DNA of 64,000 nucleotides from Cladosporium halotolerans. Lineage: Eukaryota. Both the position numbers and the translations under genes were made by a program. The stretch lies in NCBI RefSeq assembly GCF_011745625.1, contig NW_027191461.1, forward strand, positions 62,001-126,000, given 5' to 3'. Below the pieces are notes generated by a model. It was not told where the DNA came from. It made no database searches and was given only the letters and a program-made list of their open reading frames with translations. Shown piece after piece: positions 45,258 through 55,941 of this stretch (the first letter of the stretch is position 1; the number at the start of each line of letters is the position of its first letter).

Positions 45258-46778
45258 ATGCTGTCCTCACCGTTTGCCGGCGGCTTAGGCCTCGTCACTC
45301 ACCAACCTGTCACGAAACCGGCTTCTGTAAGATCGCATGAACGGGGACCTTCGATCGAGGAGCTTGATTCGATAGCCCTGCCTGACTATGGCTCAACGAA
45401 GAACGGATGTACCGCTTCATCCGTACAAGACGATGCAGGCAAATCACAAGACGAGCGGCCTTCTGGAAGCTGCGCAGTGATCGATGCGGACGATGTCAGT
45501 CGACCGCAGTCTCCAGTTGCTACTGGCGCGACAACTATTGCGCCTAGCTTCTGGTACCCAGCTATGAACAAGTGGAGAGTGCTTGCCGCATGCCTTATAT
45601 ATTTCGGCAACGGGATTAACGACGCCGTCAATGGAGCACTTATTCCTTCCATGGAAGACCAATACAACATTGGCTATGCAATCGTGTCGATGATCTTCGT
45701 CGCGAATGCAGCTGGGTTCATCCTTGCTGCACCAACTAGCAACGCCATCGCCAGCGCTCTAGGTCGCGCCAAATGCCTCATGCTTTCCGAAACCATCATG
45801 ATCACCGGCTATGTGATCATAGCTTGCACGCCGCCTTTTCCAGCAGTAGTAATCGCATACCTGTTCCTTGGGTTCGGCTGCGCTCTCAACCTTGCTTTGA
45901 ACAACGTCTTCTGCGCCAATCTCGCCAACGCCACCGTCGTGCTGGGAATGGCGCATGGCGCGTACGGCGTAGGGGGCACAGTCGCTCCCATCATGGCGAC
46001 GGCAATGGTATCGAATGGCATCCTCTGGTCCCGCTTCTTCCTCATCACCATCGGCCTCCGCGTCGCCTGCTTCTTCTTTGCCGGCTGGGCTTTCTGGAAT
46101 TACGAGAAAGAAGGCATCAACGGCTTCAACAACAGCCTTCAAGAACCCCTCACCCGCCGGAACACAACCAGCACCGGCGCAGAACCAAGCAAACTCCAAG
46201 TGCTCTTGCGCGCACTGAAGAACCGCACGACCCTCATCGGCGCCCTCTTCATCTTCGCCTACCAGGGCGCCGAAGTCAGCGAGTCCGGCTGGTATATCTC
46301 CTACCTCATTGACTACCGGCAAGGCGACCCAGCCAAAGTCGGCTACGTAACCGCCGGCTTCTGGGCCGGCATCACGCTCGGCCGCTTCATCCTCACCCAC
46401 TTCGCCTCGCGTGTCGGCGAGAAGCGGTTCGTCGCAGGCCTGACCGCTGGCGTCGTGGGCTTCCAGCTGCTGGCATGGTTCGTGCCGAACATCATCGGCG
46501 GCGCGGTGGCGGTCTCGATCCTGGGCTTCCTGCTTGGGCCCATCTATCCCTGTGCGACTACGGTTTTCGCGCGTCTGCTGCCGGGCAACCTGCAGATGAG
46601 CGCGATCGCGTTCATCACGACGGCGGGGTCGAGCGGCGGGGCGGTGGTGCCGTTCACGACGGGCATCCTGGCGCAGGCGGTGGGTGCGTTCGTGCTGCAT
46701 CCTATCTGTGTGGGCTTCTTCGTCGTCATGATTGGCTGTTGGGTCGGGTTGCCCAGGATGCAGAAGCGGACGGAGTAA
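45258..46778 (+). CDS. MFS transporter (Bsc6/TsgA-like)
   Basis: About 12 hydrophobic segments; GINDAVNGALIP, HGAYGVGGTVAP, YQGAEVS, FWAGITLGRF, GSSGGAVVPF. Confidence 0.88.
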   Translation: MLSSPFAGGLGLVTHQPVTKPASVRSHERGPSIEELDSIALPDYGSTKNGCTASSVQDDAGKSQDERPSGSCAVIDADDVSRPQSPVATGATTIAPSFWYPAMNKWRVLAACLIYFGNGINDAVNGALIPSMEDQYNIGYAIVSMIFVANAAGFILAAPTSNAIASALGRAKCLMLSETIMITGYVIIACTPPFPAVVIAYLFLGFGCALNLALNNVFCANLANATVVLGMAHGAYGVGGTVAPIMATAMVSNGILWSRFFLITIGLRVACFFFAGWAFWNYEKEGINGFNNSLQEPLTRRNTTSTGAEPSKLQVLLRALKNRTTLIGALFIFAYQGAEVSESGWYISYLIDYRQGDPAKVGYVTAGFWAGITLGRFILTHFASRVGEKRFVAGLTAGVVGFQLLAWFVPNIIGGAVAVSILGFLLGPIYPCATTVFARLLPGNLQMSAIAFITTAGSSGGAVVPFTTGILAQAVGAFVLHPICVGFFVVMIGCWVGLPRMQKRTE

Positions 46779-46920
46779 TGACGGCAATTGGGCCAGAGTG
46801 TTGGAAGAGAGAAGTAGATTTCATAGGGGTATCTCGAAAAGCCTGTATACCAAAACCCAACCGCGTCCTTCCATCCTTTTGTAGCCTCATTTCTTTCGTT
46901 TCTCATGTGCCTTTCGTCTC

Positions 46921-49900
46921 TCAATCAGCCTTTCTCAGAACTCCCAGTTCGACAAGTCTCTCCCAAACTTTGTCCTTCGCCACCGCTGCATCAGCGTCAA
47001 ACTTCAACCCGTCCAACATGAAACCATCTCTCCTGCAGCTGTAGGCGACCAAAAGCTCATACGTCCGTCTTCGGATTGCCGTCTCCTCGTCAAGCTTTGC
47101 TCTGTAAACCTTGTCTTCGCTGCCCTCCGGACCATAGAAGCCCTGCGTCAGAGGGTTCTGCTTCATGTCCACTCTCGAAAGCTTTCCCAGTTTGCCCAAC
47201 GTTGCCATCGTCTTCCTCAGGCGCTCAATTCGGCAACCGACCAATGTCAGGGATTCCAAACCGCTCAGAGGCGCGAGCGGTCGGACATCCCTCAGGTGAT
47301 TGAATGAAAGGTCGAGGGAGCGGAGATTGGGCATCTGTATGCCGAAGTTGGCAGGCAGCGCTGCCAAGCCGCAGTCTGAAAGCTCGAGATGTTTGATTGA
47401 CATGAAAGCATGGTCGAGGTGCAGCTCCGGGATCGTGTTGCGAGACAGGCGAACAGTCTGCGCATCCAGAGGACTGTCGAACACTGTGATGGACTCGTTG
47501 TCTTCGATGTCTTGAGCGCACATTGACAGGAGCTCGAGCTTCTTAAGCGCGGAGAGGCCGTCGACGTGAGCGAGGAAGTTGTTGTCAACTTCCAGGGTTC
47601 GAAGATTGGGAAATGCAGAAACGTCAAGCTCCTGCAGCCCGCATGATCGTAGCGACAAATGCTTCAAGCGAGGCATTGTCTTTGAGACCGCCAAAGACTG
47701 GCCGATCGGGTTTTTGTCGAGCTTCAGACTGCGCAAGGAAGGCAGCTCTTCCAAGCCTGCAATGGACGTTATCTCATTCTCGCTGAGGTCAAGGTCGACG
47801 ACCCTCCCAAATCGGAAGTGCTCAAGGTTGACTTCGCGGATCGTGTTGTTGCGGGCACTCAATGTGATGAGACCGTCGAGGTCGGCGATACCATTGAGAC
47901 TTCGAACCTTGTTGCCATCAACTCGCAGCTCCCTCAAGTGGATTAGGTGCCCCAGTCCGTCCACGCTCTCGAGATTGTTGTTCGAAACATCCAAATACTG
48001 GAGGTGCATCAGGTGCGCCCATGAAGTTAGACTGACCAATTGATTTGATTGAGCGTTCAGTTGGCGGACAAAAGGCGGTACACCTTCCAGTTGTGTCAGA
48101 GCATTGGCGGATACGTCGAGCTTTTCGACCCGGGCACAGTGCTCATCCAGGCTGTGCAGAGACTTCAAAGACTTGTCGTGAAGGCAGAGTGATGTCAGAT
48201 CTTCCCAGTGGATTTGTTGCCCTTGGACATCGGTGATTGCTTTGACCAACTCCGTGGTGGCGAGAGTATAAGGATCTCTAAGCTCCACAGCAGCATAGCT
48301 GGCCAATCTAGTTGCCAAGGCGCGCTCCGAAGGTCTCTCGTGATCCTCTTCATGCACCGTAAAGTCTGGCAAGTCGCTCAAGAGGAAGGTGTTATTGATG
48401 TTTGCGTTCGGGGTCGTAGTTGCCAGTTGCAATCTCGCCATGTCAATTGGCATGTTCCTGTTCGGTGGCGAGGGGAAGGTGATGTGGGAAGGAAGCTGTG
48501 CTGAGGCAGAAGTCTCAGTGGTGTTGCCTTCTTCGGTGGGAGCGCCGTCAGGCGCTTCGTCATTATGCTCTAGAGTGGTGTCCTCTCCTGGTAACTTTGG
48601 GGTGTCAGGCACAGGAATTTCCGCTTGCTGTGGTGTGTCTTTGCGCTCAGATTCAGCACCCTCGTCGCCAAAAGATAAACCAGTGTCATCGAGCTCGTGA
48701 TGGACAACGGTGTCGGCGCCTGCATCTTGAGATGGTTGTCTAGGCTGTACTCGGACCGATTTCTCGACAGTTAGGTCGGAGATCTCACGGAAAGGGTCGT
48801 CATCGCTTGATAGAGCGTCGCGAGGGTCGAGGAACTGTTTGTGCTCAAAGCTCTTTGAACGGATCCAGCAATGCTTGGCCGTATCGAAGGTCATTCCGTG
48901 CATTTCTCCTCCGATAAGGTGTGCCACTTGCTGCGGCGCCAGTGTTCTCATGTTGTCAGACCTGTGGGTACTGTACAGGGGGTAATTTCTTTCGAATCGC
49001 TCATCCTCAAATTCCGCTTGCGTATTCTCCTCTTCGTCTGCTTCAGTGATACCTCCGAGCGGGCTGCTCGAGGTATTGTTGCCACGAAGCAACTCGATGA
49101 CCTTCTTGGCTTCATTGATGTAGTCCTTGGTAGCTGGACCCTGAGATGGGGTCGTGTTGCGAGGGCGCGCAATCTTGCGCTGCGCAAGCACGCTTGGCTT
49201 AGCGATGTTCTGTCTTTCGCTGTTCTGAACATCCTTGATCTTGCGGGTGCTGATGGCTTCCTGAAGCTGGCTGTGATATGACAGATTTGCCTCTGTCACG
49301 CTCTTTTGCAACTCCGAGTCGTGCAAGGTACGGCGACGCTTTGGCGTCGGACTTTTCAAAGGTGACCTTGGGAGCGGCCTCTTGCCTTCCCCAAAACTTA
49401 TGCCCCCAGGAGTCTCATCTGCGTCTTCAACGTAGACCTGAGGAGGCGACCTCATCTTTGGCAGGCTGAGCTTCGAGGAGTCTGGTGCCTTGATGTGCTG
49501 AGGTGGTGACACAGCTTTTGAAATCGACAGCTTCGATGGTTTTGCCGATCCAGAATCGCTATCTTTGCCAAAGCTGCGCTTTGACTTGAATGAGTTGAGT
49601 TGAATCTCGGAGAGGGAATCTTTGCGAAATTCCAATGGCATCCTGCAGCCTGGAGCTTGGACATCCAATCCCGGAGAGCCTTCACGCGAAGGCGGTGCTA
49701 GTTCTGTGCTGACTGGAAGTCCCGAGAATTGAGCACCGTCGGTCTCATCCACAGTGATCTCGGTCGCATCCGCGAGCGCTTGGTCGACCATCTTGAAAGC
49801 ATAGTCGTTTAGTTCATCGATGCCAAAGGACACCGTTCTCTTCTCGGCGCCTTGGGCACGCTGGTGAGCTGCCGCGAGCTCAGAAGACTCATTCTGCGGC

Positions 49901-51519
49901 GGCTCGCTGAAGTCCCAAGCTCCAGAGGAAGCAGCTTGCTTGGTGATCGGCATGTCTTCCTCTACCTCTGGAGCATCTGTGAATCCAGACACGTGCCTTG
50001 CGCCCATGATTTCGGAATCATCTTCCGCACCGTCGATAGTGGGATCGGTAATTCCCATGATCCGATTCAACACCCTCGTGCGGTTTGGCGTACTTTGCTC
50101 AGCGTCGTCCGTGTCGGACTGGCCCGTTCCTATCGCTAGCTCAATCTCGCGGGCGCGCTGAGAGGTCTCGGTCTTATCGATATCCTTGCGCTGCCTGATG
50201 ATTTCGTTACGCGCAGCGTTCTCGTTACGGATGGCGTTGAATGAAACTTTGCCGTTCGAAGTCGTACGCTTCGCGATGAGGACCGGAGTAAGATCCTCAA
50301 GGTCGCTGTCGGTAATTGAACGGTTTCCGCTGGCATCTGTGGCCTCTGGGGCTAGAAGTGCAGAATGATAAATAGTGTGACGCTTCGAATCCGTATTGCG
50401 CGTGGCATCGGCATCGGATTCGCCTTTCTTCACTTCGACGGTGCCATAATTGGTCGGGCTTGTTGGCTCGTCTCCGTTGATCTCATGGCTTGCGCTCTCG
50501 GCCGGCTTTGTGATGATTTCTGACTTGGCGCTCTCTTCAGACGCAGCTGACTGGGGGCTTGCGGATCTGAGGCTCTCAAGCTCCGCGTGTGCTTCCTCGT
50601 ATTTCTCCTTCCAGTCGTCGACCTCTTCTCTCATCCACACAAGTTTTCTTTTCGACAAATTGTAATCCTCGGCCAGCTGGCGGCGTTCGCTCTTAGCCCA
50701 GTCCGCCCTGCGCTCGGCGCTAATTGTCTGTTTCGCAAAGTCGAAAAGTTTCCGTTGCGACTTGAGAAGCTCGGCTGAGCCTTTGTCGAATTGGCCCTTT
50801 TGGTAAAGCAGTGAGCCCTTGGCTTGCTGCCTCTCGCGCTCAGATCTCTCTAGCTTCTGGCGCAACTCCTCCGAGCTTGTCAGGCGTTCCTTAATCGCCT
50901 GCATGCGGGTTTGGTATCCTTTGTTGGATTCGCTCAGCTCCGTCATCTTGCCCATCATCTCAGACAGCATGTCGACAACGCTCGAGTCCGAGGCGGGTGA
51001 CTTCGGTGAGTTGTCGCGTGAGTCCTCGCCGGTGCGCGGATCGTAAGCCGACTGCGCGACTGGCGGGCTCGAAGGAAAGGTGTACATGGGTGTTTGCTTT
51101 GGCTGCGCCGTAGCGGGCCTGGCGTTCGGGGAGATCTGTTCCATTGGATTTCTGGGCTTCAGGCCCATGTGACGATGCTTCTTCTGTGAACAACTGTCAG
51201 CGGCTTGAGTTCTTGTAAAAATGTTCTCAAGCCCTGAAGGTCCAAAGAGGTCCGTCTGGTCGCCATAGCCGAGCTGGCCGTCGACCAGGCGTTTCTTCCA
51301 GGCGAGCGACTGTTGCTTTGCCGGCGAGCTGCTTTGCGCGCGTCTGTTGACAGTGCCGTCCATGTTGGCCGTGTTGCGGCTGCGCAGGGTGCCAGGCTCG
51401 GACTGAGGGCTGGCAGCGGCAGCCGTTGCGGCCGCTGTGTCGTGGGCAGGCGCCGCTTCCCACGCGGTGTCATTAGCAGGGAGACCTACCAGCCAAGGAA
51501 GGACGCCGGAAGACGCCAT
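46921..51519 (-). CDS. septation initiation network scaffold, Cdc11/Nud1/SepK-like leucine-rich repeat protein
   Basis: C-terminal LRR array (LQYLDVSNNNLESV, LRELRVDGNKV, LRSLDLSFNHL); N-terminal WKKRLV..GDQTDLFGPSGLENIF; GMTFD..W..DDPF motif. Confidence 0.82.
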   Translation of the reverse strand: MASSGVLPWLVGLPANDTAWEAAPAHDTAAATAAAASPQSEPGTLRSRNTANMDGTVNRRAQSSSPAKQQSLAWKKRLVDGQLGYGDQTDLFGPSGLENIFTRTQAADSCSQKKHRHMGLKPRNPMEQISPNARPATAQPKQTPMYTFPSSPPVAQSAYDPRTGEDSRDNSPKSPASDSSVVDMLSEMMGKMTELSESNKGYQTRMQAIKERLTSSEELRQKLERSERERQQAKGSLLYQKGQFDKGSAELLKSQRKLFDFAKQTISAERRADWAKSERRQLAEDYNLSKRKLVWMREEVDDWKEKYEEAHAELESLRSASPQSAASEESAKSEIITKPAESASHEINGDEPTSPTNYGTVEVKKGESDADATRNTDSKRHTIYHSALLAPEATDASGNRSITDSDLEDLTPVLIAKRTTSNGKVSFNAIRNENAARNEIIRQRKDIDKTETSQRAREIELAIGTGQSDTDDAEQSTPNRTRVLNRIMGITDPTIDGAEDDSEIMGARHVSGFTDAPEVEEDMPITKQAASSGAWDFSEPPQNESSELAAAHQRAQGAEKRTVSFGIDELNDYAFKMVDQALADATEITVDETDGAQFSGLPVSTELAPPSREGSPGLDVQAPGCRMPLEFRKDSLSEIQLNSFKSKRSFGKDSDSGSAKPSKLSISKAVSPPQHIKAPDSSKLSLPKMRSPPQVYVEDADETPGGISFGEGKRPLPRSPLKSPTPKRRRTLHDSELQKSVTEANLSYHSQLQEAISTRKIKDVQNSERQNIAKPSVLAQRKIARPRNTTPSQGPATKDYINEAKKVIELLRGNNTSSSPLGGITEADEEENTQAEFEDERFERNYPLYSTHRSDNMRTLAPQQVAHLIGGEMHGMTFDTAKHCWIRSKSFEHKQFLDPRDALSSDDDPFREISDLTVEKSVRVQPRQPSQDAGADTVVHHELDDTGLSFGDEGAESERKDTPQQAEIPVPDTPKLPGEDTTLEHNDEAPDGAPTEEGNTTETSASAQLPSHITFPSPPNRNMPIDMARLQLATTTPNANINNTFLLSDLPDFTVHEEDHERPSERALATRLASYAAVELRDPYTLATTELVKAITDVQGQQIHWEDLTSLCLHDKSLKSLHSLDEHCARVEKLDVSANALTQLEGVPPFVRQLNAQSNQLVSLTSWAHLMHLQYLDVSNNNLESVDGLGHLIHLRELRVDGNKVRSLNGIADLDGLITLSARNNTIREVNLEHFRFGRVVDLDLSENEITSIAGLEELPSLRSLKLDKNPIGQSLAVSKTMPRLKHLSLRSCGLQELDVSAFPNLRTLEVDNNFLAHVDGLSALKKLELLSMCAQDIEDNESITVFDSPLDAQTVRLSRNTIPELHLDHAFMSIKHLELSDCGLAALPANFGIQMPNLRSLDLSFNHLRDVRPLAPLSGLESLTLVGCRIERLRKTMATLGKLGKLSRVDMKQNPLTQGFYGPEGSEDKVYRAKLDEETAIRRRTYELLVAYSCRRDGFMLDGLKFDADAAVAKDKVWERLVELGVLRKAD

Positions 51520-52492
51520 GTTTTCTTGGGTGGGATGATGGTCTTTGCTGCTGTGCACTGCTGTGTAAATGCGGGATTGTGTGCGCTGCTGATGTGGGTT
51601 GGTGTTGGATGATGGTCGCATATGTTTGGGGCGCGTCAACATTCAACACTCAAAGCGCTAGCTCGCGGCGGGCGCTCCCGCTGGATCTGCCGCCCAGACT
51701 TGGCAACGTCAGCGTCGATCGCACGGGCTGTGGGATAGCGTGTTGCGTATAGAGCGTCAATGCATTGAGAATTGGTCTTGGACAATCGTGCGATATGTGA
51801 GGCGTTCGGCATGGGCAAATGGTTTGGTCTGTAGCCTGATGCTTGCGAGTCTGAAGCGTGGGACTTGTGCAAGGGTAGTCCTCCCTGCAAGTAAAGAGAG
51901 TCTCGAGGCACAACACAGTTGGGCATGACCGACATAACGGACGATGATGGCCTGCGAACTAGCAGATCATTGGTATTTTAGCGCTAGACAGGTTCCCGGA
52001 TAGCTACCAGCCAGTATCGAGGCAGAGTGGGTGGCCATTACTAGCGCGCGTGTGCACACCTACAGTCGCTGGGCGACCGTTTAGCTGCTGCCTCTCACCG
52101 CTGATGTCAACGCAAGCTAATGCGGTCAATGCAATGACTCGTTCCCTAGCGTACTGGAAAGAATCTACCAGACGCCGGGATGGCTTACCGTTGGCACTCG
52201 ACAAGTCGCAACGCTCGTTTCGACGATTTGTCGGATTTGGGACGGCTGCAGCTGGGGCTTCCGGCCTAGCAACGGCATAGCAACGCCCGAGAAGGCGCGT
52301 CCCTCCCGCCAACCTAACCGCCAACGTCGCGTGCTTGTCCATGAGAGACGAACGCTCGGCAGGCGGGCTGAACAATGCTGTGGCGAGGCATACTCTGCGA
52401 TGGCCGTGAATGCTCATAGATGAGTTCCACGATCATCCTCCGACCGACGAAAGGCCACGGGCTGCGGTAATTGTCGCCGGTCGCTGCCTAGC

Positions 52493-55048
52493 ATGATCAG
52501 AACACACAGGCCGATTGGCCACCACTGGACCTGCGCCTCCCACTTCCAGCAGAGCAAGCAGTATCGCAATATCGACGCAGAAGCATTTGAATCATCGTCG
52601 TCCAAAGTTCTGGGTGCTGACCCCGACGATGATTTGCCAGCTCATGCGCGTGTGGCAAAACGCCGGAGGATCGAAAAGCTAGCGGACGGCTTTTTGGAGG
52701 GCAAACCGCTGTTCATATCTTCCGCTTCCGCTGGTGGCCCAGATTTAAGTACAATCGTCGACAAGCTTCTTGAAGAGAAACGAATGAGTTGGGACGAGGT
52801 TCTCGACGACGCGGGCGAGGATTTATGGGCTGATGGCCGAGATGGATGGGATGCGCTGAGAAGACGGAGAAAAGCCCGAATGGCTTCGAGGGTCTCTCAG
52901 AAACGTCCAGCAAAGTCACGACAAAGTAAAAAGTTGCAAGATAAAAACCCTCTACCTGATCATGCCAATGGATGCCGTTCTGGACATGACATCGCGGAGT
53001 TACCTACCAAGCTTTCGACGGCACCTAGTAATGAAGCTCTGGCGATGGCAGCTAGGCTCAGGGCATGCAAGGAGACCACAGCCTTGGACAGTATCGCGGG
53101 ACCCGACCAGTCAACGACCTTGCCAAACTACGTTACACATTCAGCTCCTCCCACTGTCAAAGCTCCATCAAGCTTCAAGCAGTGTAGCTCCTCGAAACCG
53201 TTTAATCCAGTCACACCAGCAGAAACCACTATGGCCGACGAACTGAGACTCTCGCGGACAGAATCTCCCTCTCATAGACCTAGAGCATTTACTCTGCCCG
53301 CAATCAGCTTTGACTCCGATGCCACCGTGGAGGATGCCTTCGTAAATCCTGGCGGCGAAGAACCCTTTCTACCATTGCAAATGGGTGAAGCCAACGGGAA
53401 CATGACTGAAATGCCGACAAAGATCCACCAAGGACCGCAGACTCGAGATCAGGAGAGCTCGTTCAATCAGATGAATGCAAGCCAGGTGCGGAGCAATCAG
53501 GGCCAGCCAGGGAAATCTGTCATAGATATCGAGGCGCAGGATCGTCTGTATAGTGCGACTACGCCTGTAAGCGACCAGAAATCGCGTCCAGCCTGCCTCA
53601 GCACCAACAGCACTCGACTCCAAAACACTCGAATGTCTCAGGAGTCGTCAGCGAAAGGTTCTTATCAAAGTCCAGAGATCTCTCTAGACCGTCAACAGAC
53701 GACACTCTCGGAAAAGATGCTCAGTCAGTCCTCACAATGTTCAAGCCAATCTAGACTCACAGCCTCCTTCAAGGCAGCAAAAGCGGCCTACACAACAGCG
53801 GCCAAGTCTCAAGGGGGAAGCACACCTTTCGTTTACAGGAAGAAGGCAAGAACGTCAGAAGATGACCAGGATCAGCCTGAGCATGCTCAGCACAGTGAGT
53901 GGGCGGAATCTCGACTGTCTGAGGCTGCACATGCGACACCTCAGTCGAACAATCAAAAGACTCACCCGGAAGTCTCGGCCGTTCCGCCCTCGCTCGATAT
54001 GTCTTTTCAACACGACTGTTCTATCGCTCCGAATCTCAACATGGCCCTTGTAAAAGAACATATCAACAGACCCCTTCCGAGCAGCCCAGGTTCGACGCGA
54101 CGCTCATCTTCTGTCAAGGAGTCCCTGAGGAGAGAGATGCGGCTATCTGGGGCAGACATTTTTCGAGCGCCTGGTGAACCTCTTTCGTCGCCAGTGAACA
54201 AGCATGATCAACATGCGGACACAATTTCGCGTGGATACAATCGCAGCCCGAAGAGCAAAAGACGATCAACAGGAGTCTGGCCTGGAACGCAAGCATTGCT
54301 CAACCAAGCGCAGCATGACTTTTTCATGTCACCAGAAAAGGCTTCTTCCGCTCCAGCAGTGCCTTTCAGCGAGAGGGAAGAGCACCATGGGGATCTTACT
54401 GAAAATCAAGAGTGTGAGGAGGATCGCCGCCCGCTCCGCCAGCTATCTCAAGAATGCCTGCCAGGTACTCAGGCTTTGATGGACAACTGGTCTCCTTGGT
54501 CAACGGCCAAAAAGTCGAAGAAGAGGGCAAGTCTTGTGCATTCCCCACTGTTGAGCAAGGGGATGAGTGCCAGCACCGATCTTGAGAAGAAAGGTCTGAG
54601 ATCCAGCATTAAGGATCTACATACGGCTGAGCTGCGCAGTAGTAGCCTTCGGTTCTCTACATTCGCTAGCGAGACTCCAGCACGTCAACGCATCATGCCC
54701 AGCAACGAACCTCAGTCTGCAAAGTCAACGCACGCACCAAATGCAAGTCTGCAACCTTTGGACATCGACGAACCGACACTAGAACCCAAAAGCTTTGCCA
54801 TCCACGTTGACGGCAGCGAAGGCGACACCAATCTCAACCTCACCAATTTCTCTTTCTCAGCGACTGTCGCACAGCCAGAAGGAGACGTGGGAGCCTCCAT
54901 GATAGATTGGAGCTCACACGACAAGATGCCGAGCTTCGAAAACGCTCAACGTGCGAGCATTGAACCGCAGCCAGAAACGATATTGGCAGACCTTGCAAGC
55001 GAGTATCTATCTACGGCTGACATTGACGGCGTTCTGGGCACTCGATAA
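52493..55048 (+). CDS. hypothetical low-complexity protein (851 aa)
   Basis: Long uninterrupted ORF; KRRRIEKLADGFLEGKPLFISSA motif recalled from uncharacterised fungal proteins; repeated PGTQAL. Confidence 0.75.
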   Translation: MIRTHRPIGHHWTCASHFQQSKQYRNIDAEAFESSSSKVLGADPDDDLPAHARVAKRRRIEKLADGFLEGKPLFISSASAGGPDLSTIVDKLLEEKRMSWDEVLDDAGEDLWADGRDGWDALRRRRKARMASRVSQKRPAKSRQSKKLQDKNPLPDHANGCRSGHDIAELPTKLSTAPSNEALAMAARLRACKETTALDSIAGPDQSTTLPNYVTHSAPPTVKAPSSFKQCSSSKPFNPVTPAETTMADELRLSRTESPSHRPRAFTLPAISFDSDATVEDAFVNPGGEEPFLPLQMGEANGNMTEMPTKIHQGPQTRDQESSFNQMNASQVRSNQGQPGKSVIDIEAQDRLYSATTPVSDQKSRPACLSTNSTRLQNTRMSQESSAKGSYQSPEISLDRQQTTLSEKMLSQSSQCSSQSRLTASFKAAKAAYTTAAKSQGGSTPFVYRKKARTSEDDQDQPEHAQHSEWAESRLSEAAHATPQSNNQKTHPEVSAVPPSLDMSFQHDCSIAPNLNMALVKEHINRPLPSSPGSTRRSSSVKESLRREMRLSGADIFRAPGEPLSSPVNKHDQHADTISRGYNRSPKSKRRSTGVWPGTQALLNQAQHDFFMSPEKASSAPAVPFSEREEHHGDLTENQECEEDRRPLRQLSQECLPGTQALMDNWSPWSTAKKSKKRASLVHSPLLSKGMSASTDLEKKGLRSSIKDLHTAELRSSSLRFSTFASETPARQRIMPSNEPQSAKSTHAPNASLQPLDIDEPTLEPKSFAIHVDGSEGDTNLNLTNFSFSATVAQPEGDVGASMIDWSSHDKMPSFENAQRASIEPQPETILADLASEYLSTADIDGVLGTR

Positions 55049-55688
55049 TGGTCTTCTTGAGCAAGCATTTGTTCAACTAAGTTTGTAAACTATCTCACCG
55101 GGTTGGGTAAACACCTCTACAGGGCCATGGTTTTTTTTGTGTCGAAAGGAACCCTCTCATTCTGCCAACTACAATCAGAGTAACACAATCCCAAGAAATC
55201 CTCTCCTTGCTCCCATTTTCCTCGAACCTAGAGCACCTGCAAGGCGTCCACATGCGCAGTATCAAACCACCCATGCCCCAGTCGCTGCACGCAGCGTACA
55301 CCCAGTCCTATGGACCATGTACCCCAAGCAGTCTCAGCGCCTACAACCCCCATCACATGCCCCTCTCACCTACCGAGACATCGGACGTCCGAAGCCTAGT
55401 CCAGTACAGTACGTAGCAGATACAAACCATCCCCGCACAGAAACCTACCAACTGCCAGCGATCCGCACACGGAATAAGTAGTATTCCCCCATCGCCTCAG
55501 ACTCAACAACCTACCTACCCAATCCAACCAACCCAACTCAACCCATCCCATCAAGCTACCCCCACGCCCACGCCCGCCCTCCCCTGCAAAAAGCAACCGC
55601 ATCCGCACCCGCACCCACAGGCCACGCCACACCACGCGAGCCCAACCCAGCCCAGGCCACAGCCATGCGGCCGCCTCGAGCTCCGCCT

Positions 55689-55689
<1 letters not shown>

Positions 55690-55722
<33 letters not shown>
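55690..55722. repeat. (CT)n dinucleotide microsatellite
   Basis: About 16 CT units read directly. Confidence 0.95.
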
Positions 55723-55725
<3 letters not shown>

Positions 55726-55921
55726 GACGACTCCTCCCTGCAAAGCATGCTGCCGCGCCAATCTCGCGCAGGAGAGGCCTCGCAGCCCAGCCCGCGGCGC
55801 CAGGTAAGGCTGAGCGGGGCGCGGATTGGTGGAGCTTTTTCGCACTGCGCTGCGCTGCGCTGCACTTCCCGCAGGCTTGCTTGTGTACCTTAGGCAGCTT
55901 CAGCCGGGCGCTTACGAGACT

Positions 55922-55941
55922 GTACATACATACATACATAC
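55922..55941. repeat. (TACA)n tetranucleotide microsatellite
   Basis: tacatacatacatacatac. Confidence 0.85.

Noticed and set aside
43084..46778. Esterase plus MFS transporter as a secondary-metabolite cluster
   Set aside because: No backbone enzyme (PKS/NRPS/terpene synthase) or cluster regulator in the window; flanked by core genes.
45759..46787. 342-aa minus-strand ORF
   Set aside because: Antisense shadow of the GC-rich MFS coding sequence.
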